Assembly: GCA_020632255.1 (NCBI GenBank) | Contig: JACKFX010000003.1 | Location: 48,119 to 112,118 of the forward strand | Length of the DNA stretch: 64,000 bases | Direction: 5' to 3' | From: Pseudomonadales bacterium | GTDB lineage: Bacteria; Patescibacteriota; Microgenomatia; UBA1400; PJMF01 | Shown: positions 1 through 8,766 of the stretch, piece after piece | Position numbering within the stretch: the stretch's first letter is position 1 | Layout: every line of letters begins with the position of its first letter | Made by a program: the position numbers and the translations under genes | The notes under the pieces: model-generated | What the model was told of the DNA's origin: nothing | The model's database searches: none | The model's input: the letters and a program-made list of their open reading frames with translations, nothing else

Positions 1-773
1 TTGCTTGGAATATGTTTGGCTATGCGTTCCGTGATGTCATTGATGAAGAAAAAGCCAAAGATTTCTGGATGACCTTGGCAAGATTCAAACGCGCAGTGGT
101 TGAGGAAGCTGAAGAGTACTCAAAGAAGTTGGGTGTTACTGTGCCTCACACAAACACTACTATTAAGCCATCAGGAACAATTTCTAAGCTCTTTGCTCTG
201 ACCGAAGGAGCTCACCTTCCAAGTATGCGTGAGTACATCCGTTGGGTGCAGTATCGCAGTGACGACCCAATGGTCAAAAAGTACGAGAAAAAAGGGTATC
301 CAATTAAAGAGCTCAAGAGTTACCAAGGTTCTACCGCAGTTGGCTTCCCAACTCAGCCACTCATCTGTCGAATTGGTATGAATGGTGAACTGGTCACCGC
401 TGGTGAAGCTACCCCAGAAGAACAGTATAAGTGGTTGATGCTTCTGGAAAAATACTGGATTGTTGGCGTTGATGAAGAGGGCAACTCGCTTGAAGAAGAC
501 ACTGGAAATCAAGTTTCATACACACTCAAGTATGATCCAAAGAAAGTCTCATACAAGGCATTTGCAGAAATGGTTCGCAAATACCAAGGTGAAGTGAAGT
601 GCTGTAGTGTGATGCCACAGCAAGACACGACTGCTTATGAGTACCAGCCAGAACAACCGGTTACCACAAGCGAGTTTATGCGAGTGCTCAACGAAATCGA
701 GAAGGATGAAAACCTCTTAGAAGATATTGACTATGAGCACCTCAAATGCGAGAGTGGCGCTTGTCCTATTTAA
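1..773 (+). CDS. ribonucleotide reductase catalytic subunit, C-terminal part (5' end cut by window edge)
   Basis: The frame is open from the window start. The motif TNTTIKPSGTIS resembles the RNR active-site loop (..APTGTIS..). The protein ends CESGACPI, matching the C-terminal redox cysteine pair (CESGAC) of RNR large subunits. Class I versus class II cannot be decided from this fragment. Confidence 0.6.
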   Translation, partial: AWNMFGYAFRDVIDEEKAKDFWMTLARFKRAVVEEAEEYSKKLGVTVPHTNTTIKPSGTISKLFALTEGAHLPSMREYIRWVQYRSDDPMVKKYEKKGYPIKELKSYQGSTAVGFPTQPLICRIGMNGELVTAGEATPEEQYKWLMLLEKYWIVGVDEEGNSLEEDTGNQVSYTLKYDPKKVSYKAFAEMVRKYQGEVKCCSVMPQQDTTAYEYQPEQPVTTSEFMRVLNEIEKDENLLEDIDYEHLKCESGACPI

Positions 774-801
774 GTACAACGGATTGAGAAAAAATAGCCA
801 C

Positions 802-830
802 TTGACAAGGCTTTGTCAAGTAGTTATACT
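802..830 (+). promoter_or_regulatory. sigma70-like promoter (TTGACA-17-TATACT) overlapping a perfect 8-bp-arm palindrome CTTGACAA-GGCT-TTGTCAAG
   Basis: Read directly: -35 at 802-807, -10 at 825-830, palindrome 801-820. The downstream 5'UTR has the inverted repeat TTTCTATT..AATAGAAA (848-877) and three TATCAA(A)(A) direct repeats (859-910). Confidence 0.4.
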
Positions 831-920
831 CGTAGAGATGAGGTATGTTTCTATTGATATATCAATTTAAATAGAAATACACCAAAAGATATCAAAACGT
901 ATCAAAAAGCAAGGAGAGAC

Positions 921-1484
921 ATGGATCTACAGCAAGTACTCGATCGTTTCAAGGCCGATATTGAGTCATACATTAAAGAAGAAGTTGCTCGCCAAATCGC
1001 TACCCAGTCCGGTGGTACTGAGGCTAGATCAGTAGTTACTAATAATCACGGTACGGAGACAGCAACTTCAGCAGCAGATATTCAAGCATCCCTTGATGAG
1101 TTAGCTGTGTTGGCACAGTCAGGAAAAAAAGGTGGTAGTTCGGATCAAGTAGATAAGTTTATATCAGAATTTGGAATGCAATCTCCTCAAGTTTCAGAGC
1201 CAGAGCCAGTTTCAGCAGTTAATGATGCAGTAATAAATATTAAAGCTTTAAGTTCACTACAAAGCTTAGGACAAAGAAATTACGGACAAACACAGAGCTC
1301 AGCTCTTGATGAGCTTTCTTCCTTGTCTTCTTCATCAACCCAGGCTGAAACAATACCGCAACCTCCACAGCCACCACCTTCTGCAGTGACTGACACTTCA
1401 AACACAGCTGAATCTGAACAGATGTCTGGAATTCAATCATTCTTACAGAAAATTAGACAACGTAAAAATTTAAGTACAAATTAG
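921..1484 (+). CDS. hypothetical protein, S/Q/T-rich, low complexity
   Basis: 187-aa ORF with an upstream AAGGAGAGA RBS. No recognisable domain. Confidence 0.4.
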   Translation: MDLQQVLDRFKADIESYIKEEVARQIATQSGGTEARSVVTNNHGTETATSAADIQASLDELAVLAQSGKKGGSSDQVDKFISEFGMQSPQVSEPEPVSAVNDAVINIKALSSLQSLGQRNYGQTQSSALDELSSLSSSSTQAETIPQPPQPPPSAVTDTSNTAESEQMSGIQSFLQKIRQRKNLSTN

Positions 1485-1518
1485 AGCTTATTAAAAGAAA
1501 GTATAAAAAGGAGAAAAT

Positions 1519-2178
1519 ATGAACGAACCAGGAGGAATCCCAGTACAAGAGCAGGTAGATATCGATCTAATCAAGGTTGGAGAAACAACGGATATGAGTC
1601 CGGCTGAAAAACGTATAGAAAGTGCAGCAAGAAAACGTCAAGAAAATAAGCAAAAGTCAGCAGAGAACAGAGCAAAATGGCGAGGAAGATGGGAAAAGGT
1701 TGTTAAAGTCAAAGATGCAGTAGTGGGGGCAGCTAAGCATGTGCCTGAAACTGCTGGAAAAATATATGATTATGCTAAGGATATTCCAGCTAAAGTTGAT
1801 GTGAAACTAGCTCAAATTGATGATGCTATTGATAAGAAAACTGACGCTTGGGCTGAAAGCTTAGATGGAACAGTACAGTGGACTGAAGACACGTTAGGTG
1901 GAAAGGGAGAGCATTTCTCAGCTACAATTAAAAGTGCTCAGGAAGCTCTTAAGAATGCTAAAAGCGACGCTATAGATGCTATTGGTCAAATTGATAGAGA
2001 TGAATACAACCGAGGAGAGCATGCTAAGGCAACAGTTCGTCTTGAAGCTGCACAAGCTGCAGTTAAAGCATTAGAAGCCTCAAGAGATGAACTTGCTCGA
2101 CAAGGGTCCAAAGCAAAAGATCGAGCTCCTCTTACACGTGCTTTGGCAGGCGGATTACGCAGACTAAGAGGTGTATAA
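1519..2178 (+). CDS. hypothetical charged/coiled-coil protein
   Basis: 219-aa ORF, RBS AAAGGAGAAAA. K/E/A-rich and helical. No recognisable domain. Confidence 0.4.
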   Translation: MNEPGGIPVQEQVDIDLIKVGETTDMSPAEKRIESAARKRQENKQKSAENRAKWRGRWEKVVKVKDAVVGAAKHVPETAGKIYDYAKDIPAKVDVKLAQIDDAIDKKTDAWAESLDGTVQWTEDTLGGKGEHFSATIKSAQEALKNAKSDAIDAIGQIDRDEYNRGEHAKATVRLEAAQAAVKALEASRDELARQGSKAKDRAPLTRALAGGLRRLRGV

Positions 2179-2211
2179 GGAATACTAACTAATTAAAATT
2201 GGAGGAAAAAT

Positions 2212-2520
2212 ATGGTAAAGAAACAAGATCTTGTTGATATGATGATGCAAGAAAATAATGGAGAGGCAGATGAGGAAGTCATGGCTGTCCTCGAAAAGTA
2301 CCCAGAAGAGATTGATGACCAAGCTGCTGAAACTCTTCAAAAAGAGTTAGATGATATTGCTATTAATGCTGAATTGCTAGCCAAGGCATATGACGAAATG
2401 GAGAGAGAATTTGACGCTCAACTTGATTCAATTGGTGATGACATTGATAGTGGTATTAATACTGTCGCTCAACAAGCTCATGATGATATAACTTGGGCAA
2501 TAGATCGAAGCAAAAATTAA
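2212..2520 (+). CDS. hypothetical small acidic protein
   Basis: 102-aa ORF, RBS TGGAGGAAAAA, very acidic (D/E-rich). Confidence 0.4.
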   Translation: MVKKQDLVDMMMQENNGEADEEVMAVLEKYPEEIDDQAAETLQKELDDIAINAELLAKAYDEMEREFDAQLDSIGDDIDSGINTVAQQAHDDITWAIDRSKN

Positions 2521-2537
2521 AGATAATTTGTTTAAAG

Positions 2538-2569
2538 AAAACGGGAGCTATTATATGCTCCCGTTTTTA
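2538..2569. terminator. bidirectional rho-independent terminator
   Basis: Hairpin ACGGGAGC-tattatat-GCTCCCGT followed by TTTTT. It overlaps the tsaD stop codon and lies between convergent genes. Confidence 0.6.
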
Positions 2570-3625
2570 TTTAGTCTCAATTTTCCACCGCGGTTTTCTG
2601 TCAATTTTTTTTGTACCGTTATTTTCATTTGCAGATTCTAATTTATAGCTCGCCACAATGCCAATCATCGCTCCATTATCCTGATTTAATCTTCGGGTGT
2701 ATGGGACTTTTAATTGCAAACCATCCGGCTTGATTGTTTCGCGTATCATTCGGCGCAAGGTTGTGTTTGAAGCAACGCCACCACCAAGCCAAATTTCTGC
2801 ATATTTCTCTTTTTCAATTAATTTACTCAGTTTATACATAATATGCCTAAATACCGAGTATTGAGCTGATGCACAAAAATCATATATTTGTTGTTTGTTT
2901 AATGCTTTTTCTTTCGTGATTTCTTCGAGTGTGTTTCGAGCAAAGGTTTTTAGTCCCGAGAAGCTCATGTTGTAGTCACCACTGCTTGTCATAGGGAGTG
3001 GAAACTCTATTGCTTTCGGGTTTCCCTGTTTAGCAAATTCTTCGATCACTGGGCCAGCTGGATAGCCAAGGTGGAGCATGCGGCCAATCTTATCTAAGCA
3101 TTCACCAGCAGCATCGTCCAAAGTTGTTCCAACAATTTCATACTTTCCAATGCTTGGAATAGAAATAAACTGGGTATGACCGCCACTCACAATAATAGCT
3201 AGAGCTGGAAATTTTGGCTGCGCATGTTTTTTGCTTAGCTGTGTTTTGGGAAGAGCTAGGTTTGAAAGAGCGTGTCCTTCAATGTGATTTACAGGAATAA
3301 TTGGTAGTGAGTGCTCCTGTGCAAATGCTTCAGCAGCTCTAATTCCCACTTCAAGCGCCGGAGCAAGCCCTGGGCCTTGGGTAACTGCAATAGCTGCTAG
3401 TTGCTGGGGTTTTGTTTGAGCTCTTTTAAGTGCCAACTCAATAACTCGATTAATATTTTCCTTGTGGGCTTGTTTAGCTACAGTTGGAAAGACCCCGCCA
3501 TATGGTTTATGCAGTTCTGTTTGCGAAGCAATTACGTTTGAAAGGACGACTCGACCCTCGACAACAGATGCTGAAGTGTCGTCACAAGATGTGTCGATGG
3601 CCAGAATGCGCGTTTTAGTTTTCAT
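2567..3625 (-). CDS. tsaD: tRNA N6-adenosine threonylcarbamoyltransferase TsaD (Kae1/Gcp family)
   Basis: The protein has MKTKTRILAIDTSCDDTSASVV.. and ..GPGLAPALEVGIRAAEAF..IPVNHIEGHALS, which are typical TsaD motifs. The start is placed at the internal ATG at 3625; the ORF-track start at 3673 adds 16 non-conserved aa and would overlap the upstream gene further. Confidence 0.85.
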   Translation of the reverse strand: MKTKTRILAIDTSCDDTSASVVEGRVVLSNVIASQTELHKPYGGVFPTVAKQAHKENINRVIELALKRAQTKPQQLAAIAVTQGPGLAPALEVGIRAAEAFAQEHSLPIIPVNHIEGHALSNLALPKTQLSKKHAQPKFPALAIIVSGGHTQFISIPSIGKYEIVGTTLDDAAGECLDKIGRMLHLGYPAGPVIEEFAKQGNPKAIEFPLPMTSSGDYNMSFSGLKTFARNTLEEITKEKALNKQQIYDFCASAQYSVFRHIMYKLSKLIEKEKYAEIWLGGGVASNTTLRRMIRETIKPDGLQLKVPYTRRLNQDNGAMIGIVASYKLESANENNGTKKIDRKPRWKIETK

Positions 3626-4721
3626 ATGAGGTCGTTTCAATGTCAGAAATATGTAAGATTCGTTTGGTACCATCTTGTTGGAGCTGAATGTGCACTACTG
3701 GTACTTTTTTGTCTTCGGCTACTGACAGTATGTAATCCTTTGCTACATCAAACCACTCGACGAGTAAGAGAGAGTTGGGTCCGAGCATTTCATCGATGCC
3801 CAAGCGCGATGCTTCCTCAGCAGATGCAACTTTCCAAATATCTGCGTGATAGAGTCTTCCAGATGTCTGGTGACGCGTGTAGTCATACTCTTCAACATAG
3901 GCATATGTTGGGGATGTAATTGTTTCAGTGATTCCCAAAAACTTGGCGATTCCTTTAGTGAAAATAGTTTTGCCCACTCCAAGTGGACCATCAAGAGCAA
4001 TGATCAGGCCTGTTTTTGCAATATCATTCCAATGTTGCAGAGCTATTTTTCCTGCTAAATCCATAGTTTCTTGCTCTGATTGAGTAATAGCTTTCTGTGT
4101 CATTTCGGCATTGAAGGCAGCTTCTCCTTGCCGAAGAGTGATGGGTGTTTCTAATGTGGTATCAATTACCGTTGAAGGCGGGTTGTGTGGCAGTTTCCCC
4201 GCATCAAGAATGAGGTCAATTTTTTCTTTTTGGGTATTTGAGAGATTATCAAGGATATCTTGTACGGTGTATGGACGCTTTTTTCCTGAAGCGTTGGCTG
4301 ATGTGGCAGTCATGGGTTTGCCATAAGCAGCAACGATATCTAAGATTAATTGATAGTCGGGAATTCTGAGGCCAAGGGTGCCAAATTCAGATGCAACACC
4401 AGGAGAAACAACGCCTTTGTCTTTGCACACAACCGTCACGGGTCCAGGTAAAAACTGAGAAATAATTTGGTCTGCTTGATCATTGATTTCAACGTAGGTA
4501 CGTGCCATTTCTTTGTCGGTAACAGCAATCGAGAGTGGTTTGCCTTCTCGGCGGCTTTTGTACGCCAAAAGTTTTTCGATTGCCACAGGATTGGTCGCAT
4601 CCACACCTGCCCCGTAGGTTGTCTCAGTTGGAAAAATAACTAAACCACCACTTGAGAGTACTTTCCGAGCGGTTGAGATAATATCTTTGACTGGTGTATG
4701 AGCACAATCGATGATTTGCAT
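3615..4721 (-). CDS. fusion protein: L-threonylcarbamoyladenylate synthase TsaC (YrdC domain) + t6A ATPase TsaE (YjeE domain)
   Basis: The N-terminal half has VIFPTETTYGAGVDATNPVAIEKLLAYKSR (YrdC/Sua5 fold). The C-terminal half has GPLGVGKTIFTKGIAKFLGI..SPTYAYVEEY..LYHADIWKV..LLLVEWFD, with the TsaE/YjeE P-loop and signature. It overlaps tsaD by 11 bp. Confidence 0.8.
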   Translation of the reverse strand: MQIIDCAHTPVKDIISTARKVLSSGGLVIFPTETTYGAGVDATNPVAIEKLLAYKSRREGKPLSIAVTDKEMARTYVEINDQADQIISQFLPGPVTVVCKDKGVVSPGVASEFGTLGLRIPDYQLILDIVAAYGKPMTATSANASGKKRPYTVQDILDNLSNTQKEKIDLILDAGKLPHNPPSTVIDTTLETPITLRQGEAAFNAEMTQKAITQSEQETMDLAGKIALQHWNDIAKTGLIIALDGPLGVGKTIFTKGIAKFLGITETITSPTYAYVEEYDYTRHQTSGRLYHADIWKVASAEEASRLGIDEMLGPNSLLLVEWFDVAKDYILSVAEDKKVPVVHIQLQQDGTKRILHISDIETTSYEN

Positions 4722-4822
4722 GACTCCCTATTATACCAGGCGGGAGCAAGTCACGTGACCTTCTGCGTATTCTTGAGAGAATTCTCAGGAAAAATCTAAA
4801 AAAAACTGTATAATGAGCTCAT

Positions 4823-5152
4823 ATGACAGGAACTGTATCATTCGTCTCGGGGCACGAGGTGTCCAAAAAAACTCAATTATTCCTCAAAGTTCGTGAAATT
4901 AAAGAAATACGGCGCATTTTGTCAAATGTTGAAGCTATGTCCCAGTTAGATCAAGATCAGTGGGTTGAAGAATATGGTGAGATGATTAACGATGCAATAG
5001 ACTCTTTTATTGATGATTCTCAGTTTTCACTTGAGCATGCATTCGCAGATGACGAAATCCTTGCGTTGTCACAGGAATTATTACTTACTCTCAAGGAAAC
5101 CATCGAAACGGTAGAGGGCATAATGTATGCTCAGTCCCAGCTTGAAAGCTAG
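4823..5152 (+). CDS. hypothetical acidic protein
   Basis: 109-aa ORF downstream of an extended -10 (TGTATAAT at 4806-4814). No domain recognised. Confidence 0.35.
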   Translation: MTGTVSFVSGHEVSKKTQLFLKVREIKEIRRILSNVEAMSQLDQDQWVEEYGEMINDAIDSFIDDSQFSLEHAFADDEILALSQELLLTLKETIETVEGIMYAQSQLES

Positions 5153-5155
5153 AGC

Positions 5156-5929
5156 ATGCAACTATTTATTACTCTGATTTATCAGCCTTTTTTCAATATT
5201 CTTGTGTTCACCTACTGGGTGCTTGAGAAGCTAACGGGCGGGAATGCCGACATGGGTATTGCTGTGATTATTTTTACCATCATTGTGCGTTTTATTATGT
5301 TGCCAATGTCTCTTCGTGGGCATCGCACCGAAGAAGACAGACGCAAGATTATGGCTGATCTCGCACAACTCGAAAAAGATTATGTGGGTGACCACATTGG
5401 TTTCGAAAAGGCAAGAAAAGGGCTGCTCAAGACGAATAACAGTATTCTTCTCGGGGAACTTGTGTCTTTGGTTATCCAGGTGTCGCTTGCTTTGATGCTT
5501 TGGAAAATGTTTAAGACAGGTCTTGAGGGAGCTGATTTGCACTTGCTCTATCCATTCATGCCAGATGTGGCAACACCATACAATCTCATGTTTTTAGGAA
5601 AGTACGATCTGAGTCACCCAAATGTGATTTTAAACATCATTCAATCATCCTTCATTTTTATTTTTGAAACGCTTTCGGCGTACTACTCGAGGTACCGAGT
5701 AACTCGGGCTGAGGTAGTTCGGCTACAGCTGGTGTTGCCAGTAGTATCTTTTATACTTTTCATGGGGTTGCCAGCCGGAAAGAAATTATTTGTGATTACG
5801 ACGCTGGCATTTAGTATTGTTTTAATGATTATTCGCATTGTGATGCGAAGTTTTTCTGATTATAAGTATAAGAAAGAGCAGGAAAGTGTTCAGCCTCAAG
5901 AAGAAAAAATAGTCGTCGCTACAAGGTGA
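5156..5929 (+). CDS. yidC: membrane protein insertase YidC/Oxa1 family (short form)
   Basis: The motif GIAVIIFTIIVRFIMLPMSL matches the conserved YidC TM helix (G.AIIL.TIIIRL.L.PL). It is a multi-pass membrane protein with a K/E-rich tail. Confidence 0.7.
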   Translation: MQLFITLIYQPFFNILVFTYWVLEKLTGGNADMGIAVIIFTIIVRFIMLPMSLRGHRTEEDRRKIMADLAQLEKDYVGDHIGFEKARKGLLKTNNSILLGELVSLVIQVSLALMLWKMFKTGLEGADLHLLYPFMPDVATPYNLMFLGKYDLSHPNVILNIIQSSFIFIFETLSAYYSRYRVTRAEVVRLQLVLPVVSFILFMGLPAGKKLFVITTLAFSIVLMIIRIVMRSFSDYKYKKEQESVQPQEEKIVVATR

Positions 5930-5930
5930 A

Positions 5931-6008
5931 TTGCGAAGTAAGAGAGGGTGCCCTGGGGTACAAGCTAAATTGTGAAGCAAGAGAAGGTCCCCTGGGGGAC
6001 GAAGTAGT
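5931..6008. repeat. tandem imperfect direct repeat, 2 x 39 bp
   Basis: TTGCGAAGTAAGAGAGGGTGCCCTGGGGTACAAGCTAAA followed by TTGTGAAGCAAGAGAAGGTCCCCTGGGGGACGAAGTAGT, immediately after the yidC stop codon. Confidence 0.6.
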
Positions 6009-6043
6009 GGTACAATAAGCTGTACTTTGTAAAAAGGAACTAT

Positions 6044-6661
6044 ATGGAATTTGATAGATTAGTTGTTTCGTTTCTTGTAGACGAAGTTGTTGGTGGGTTC
6101 TTCATTTCAGTGCCGCCAGGACATGTGGCTTGTGTGTACGACCGTGGACGTGGGGTACTTCCCCGTATTTGGGGACCAGGGCTTCACTTTAAAATCCCAT
6201 TTTGGCAGATTGCTAAGTTATTCAATGCTCAAGTACTTGAGTACTCAATTATGGAAGGCTTTTCTTTAGATCGAAATAGAGAAGCTTTAGGTGACATGCC
6301 AATCCAGACCACGACCGCAGATGGCAAGACTATTGCGATTGAAGGTTCTATTTTATTTAGAATTGATAAACAAAATGCTCCAGAGCTTTGGGAGAACTTA
6401 GGTGAACATGTGGTCTCAAAAGTTGTTCGGCCATTTTCACGAAGCAAAATTTCAGCACTATTTACCGAATGGACAATGGAGCAAATTATTCATAACCGTG
6501 GCCAAGTTGAGGTTATGGTTAAAGACGAATTGAATCGCTATTTCCAGGATAGAGGTCTAGATTGTGAGGGATTTCTACTTTCAAAAATTGAAGCGGTGGG
6601 CAAGCAAGGGGCAAAGGAAGTTATTCTTAAAGCCGAAAAGCCAGATGCTCCTCAGGCATAA
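6044..6661 (+). CDS. SPFH/band 7 (prohibitin/HflC-like) domain protein
   Basis: The block ..VPPGHVACVYDRGRGVLPRIWGPGLHFKIPFWQIAKLFNAQVLEY.. through TADGKTIAIEGSILFRI is a typical SPFH core. Confidence 0.6.
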   Translation: MEFDRLVVSFLVDEVVGGFFISVPPGHVACVYDRGRGVLPRIWGPGLHFKIPFWQIAKLFNAQVLEYSIMEGFSLDRNREALGDMPIQTTTADGKTIAIEGSILFRIDKQNAPELWENLGEHVVSKVVRPFSRSKISALFTEWTMEQIIHNRGQVEVMVKDELNRYFQDRGLDCEGFLLSKIEAVGKQGAKEVILKAEKPDAPQA

Positions 6662-6686
6662 GTATTTTTGCAATCTCAATTTCGTG

Positions 6687-6724
6687 TTGACAATTTGTTA
6701 GCAGTTGATTAGTATAACTGCTAG
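6687..6724 (+). promoter_or_regulatory. TTGACA -35 box plus CIRCE-like operator TTAGCAGTT-N9-AACTGCTAG upstream of groES
   Basis: A 9-N9-9 inverted repeat at 6698-6724 matches the HrcA operator consensus TTAGCACTC-N9-GAGTGCTAA at most positions. The -35 TTGACA is at 6687-6692 with a TAGTAT -10 at 6710-6715. Confidence 0.65.
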
Positions 6725-6794
6725 TTGGGTGGCAATCAGCTTGTTACCCAACTTCATCAAATTAGTATAAATGTACAAGAAAAAGAAAGGTGAT

Positions 6795-7097
6795 ATGTCA
6801 TCTGTTTCTGTTTCCAAAATTTCTCCATTGGCTGGATATGTTTTAGTAGAGCCAGCGGAAGTACAATCTCAAACTGCCAGCGGTATTTATATCGCCTCAG
6901 AAAATCAAGAGAAGCCACAGTATGGTACCGTTGTTGCTGTGGGTGATGATGCTGTTGTAGACGGACAAACTGTCAAAGCCCCAGTCAAAAAAGGCCAAAT
7001 TGTTGTCTTTAAAAAATGGGGTGGCACCGAATTAAAAGTAGAAGGTACCGAGTATACATTTTTGAAATTTGAAGACTTACTTGCTGTTGTTAAGTAA
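6795..7097 (+). CDS. groES: co-chaperonin GroES
   Basis: ..PLAGYVLVEPAE.. and ..GIYIASENQEKPQYGTVVAVG.. match the Cpn10 family. The internal ATG at 6795 is preferred over the ORF-track start at 6771 (MYKKKKGD extension). Confidence 0.9.
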   Translation: MSSVSVSKISPLAGYVLVEPAEVQSQTASGIYIASENQEKPQYGTVVAVGDDAVVDGQTVKAPVKKGQIVVFKKWGGTELKVEGTEYTFLKFEDLLAVVK

Positions 7098-7137
7098 GCA
7101 TCTTGTAAGAAATACGTTATAAAATCGAAAGGAAAAT

Positions 7138-8763
7138 ATGAGCGCAAAACAATTACTTTTTGGCGATGATGCCCGACAGAAGATGGTTTCAGGAGTTAGC
7201 CAGTTGGCTGCTGCAGTAACTACAACCCTTGGTCCTAAGGGACGCAACGTGGCGTTGGAAAAATCTTGGGGAGCTCCAGCGGTTATCCACGATGGTGTTT
7301 CTGTTGCCAAAGAAATTACTCTCGAAGATAAATTTGAAAATATAGGAGCCCAACTCGTCAAACAGGCTGCTGAAAAAACCAATGAGGCAGCTGGTGATGG
7401 AACGACTACTGCAACCCTTTTGGCCGAACAGATTACCGTTAAAGGTATGAGATATGTTACTGCTGGTACCAACCCAATGATCATGAAGAAGGGGATTGAT
7501 CGCGCCGTTGATGCAGTGGTCAAGGAAATTCGACGTCTTGCAAAACCAGTCAAGAAATCAGATTGGGCAAAAGTCGCTACTATTTCTGCTCAAAATGAAG
7601 TGATTGGTGCCAAAATTGCCGAAGCTCTCGAGCTTGTGGGCGAAAATGGTGTTATCGAAGTCGAAGAAGGCAAGACCATGGACATCACCATCGAGCACAA
7701 AGAAGGTATGGTCTTTGATAAAGGCTATGCCTCACCATACTTTGCTGCTGGCAGTGAAAATATGGAAGCTGAAATCAAGAATCCCTATATCTTGGTAACA
7801 GACGAAAAAATCACCAGTATGCAAGAGCTCGTACCACTTTTGGAGAAGTTCATGAATGTCAGTAAAGATTTGGTCATTATTGCTGATGATATTGAAGGAG
7901 ATGCACTGACGAATTTAGTTGTAAACAAGTTGCGTGGTGTATTTAATGTCTTAGCTGTGAAAGCTCCGGGTTTTGGTGACCGCCGTAAGGCGATGCTCGA
8001 AGATATCGCCGTCTTGGTCGGTGCTGAATATATTTCGGCTGCTCGAGGTATGTCTATCAAAGAAGCTTCAGTTGAACATCTAGGTCGTGCAGATTCAGTC
8101 AAAGCAACCAAAGACACCACAACCATTGTTGGTGGCAAAGGCAGCAAGGCTGATGTAAAAGCTCGCATTGCTCAAATCGAGCAAGAGATGAAGGCAACTG
8201 ATTCAGACTTTGATAAAGAGAAGCTCAACGAGCGTAAAGCTAAACTTGCCGGTGGTGTTGCCGTCATCCAAGTTGGTGCTGCGACTGAGTCTGAAATGAA
8301 GAACTTAATGGAGCGCGTTAAAGACGCTAAAGAAGCCACCAAAGCTGCTATCGAAGAGGGAATTATCCCAGGTGGAGGTGTGACTTTGCTCCAAGCAACT
8401 AAGGTTCTCGAAAAGATGACATCAGAGGTACATGATGAGCAAGTTGGTATTGACCTCATCAAGCAGGTTGCGCAGGAGCCTTTGAGAATGCTCGCTGAAA
8501 ATAGCGGTGAAGACGCTGGTTGGGTAGTGCGCACAGTTATTGCTAAAGATGATCCAATGTTTGGCTTTAATGCACTTACTAACGAGTTTGGTGACATGAT
8601 TAAAGCTGGTGTAGTTGAACCTGCCAAGGTGGCCACTGCATCTTTGACGAATGCTGCATCTGTTGCTTCAATGATTCTTACAACTGAATGTTTGGTTACC
8701 GACATTCCTGAAAAGGAAGCTGCTCCTGCCGGAGGTATGGGTGGGGGTATGCCGATGATGTAG
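7138..8763 (+). CDS. groEL: chaperonin GroEL
   Basis: MSAKQLLFGDDAR.., AAGDGTTTATLLA and the C-terminal GGMGGGMPMM tail. Confidence 0.95.
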   Translation: MSAKQLLFGDDARQKMVSGVSQLAAAVTTTLGPKGRNVALEKSWGAPAVIHDGVSVAKEITLEDKFENIGAQLVKQAAEKTNEAAGDGTTTATLLAEQITVKGMRYVTAGTNPMIMKKGIDRAVDAVVKEIRRLAKPVKKSDWAKVATISAQNEVIGAKIAEALELVGENGVIEVEEGKTMDITIEHKEGMVFDKGYASPYFAAGSENMEAEIKNPYILVTDEKITSMQELVPLLEKFMNVSKDLVIIADDIEGDALTNLVVNKLRGVFNVLAVKAPGFGDRRKAMLEDIAVLVGAEYISAARGMSIKEASVEHLGRADSVKATKDTTTIVGGKGSKADVKARIAQIEQEMKATDSDFDKEKLNERKAKLAGGVAVIQVGAATESEMKNLMERVKDAKEATKAAIEEGIIPGGGVTLLQATKVLEKMTSEVHDEQVGIDLIKQVAQEPLRMLAENSGEDAGWVVRTVIAKDDPMFGFNALTNEFGDMIKAGVVEPAKVATASLTNAASVASMILTTECLVTDIPEKEAAPAGGMGGGMPMM

Positions 8764-8766
8764 TTC

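Noticed and set aside
3626-4326. Plus-strand ORFs overlapping tsaC-tsaE (3626..3919, 3846..4058, 4111..4326) and the minus ORF 3743..4000
   Set aside because: They overlap a well-supported coding region in other frames or on the opposite strand and have Cys/Arg-rich nonsense-like composition.
7077-8705. Three minus-strand ORFs (7077..7553, 7785..8168, 8172..8705) inside groEL
   Set aside because: They are antisense to a highly conserved gene and have low-complexity A/S/T-rich translations. They are typical shadow ORFs.
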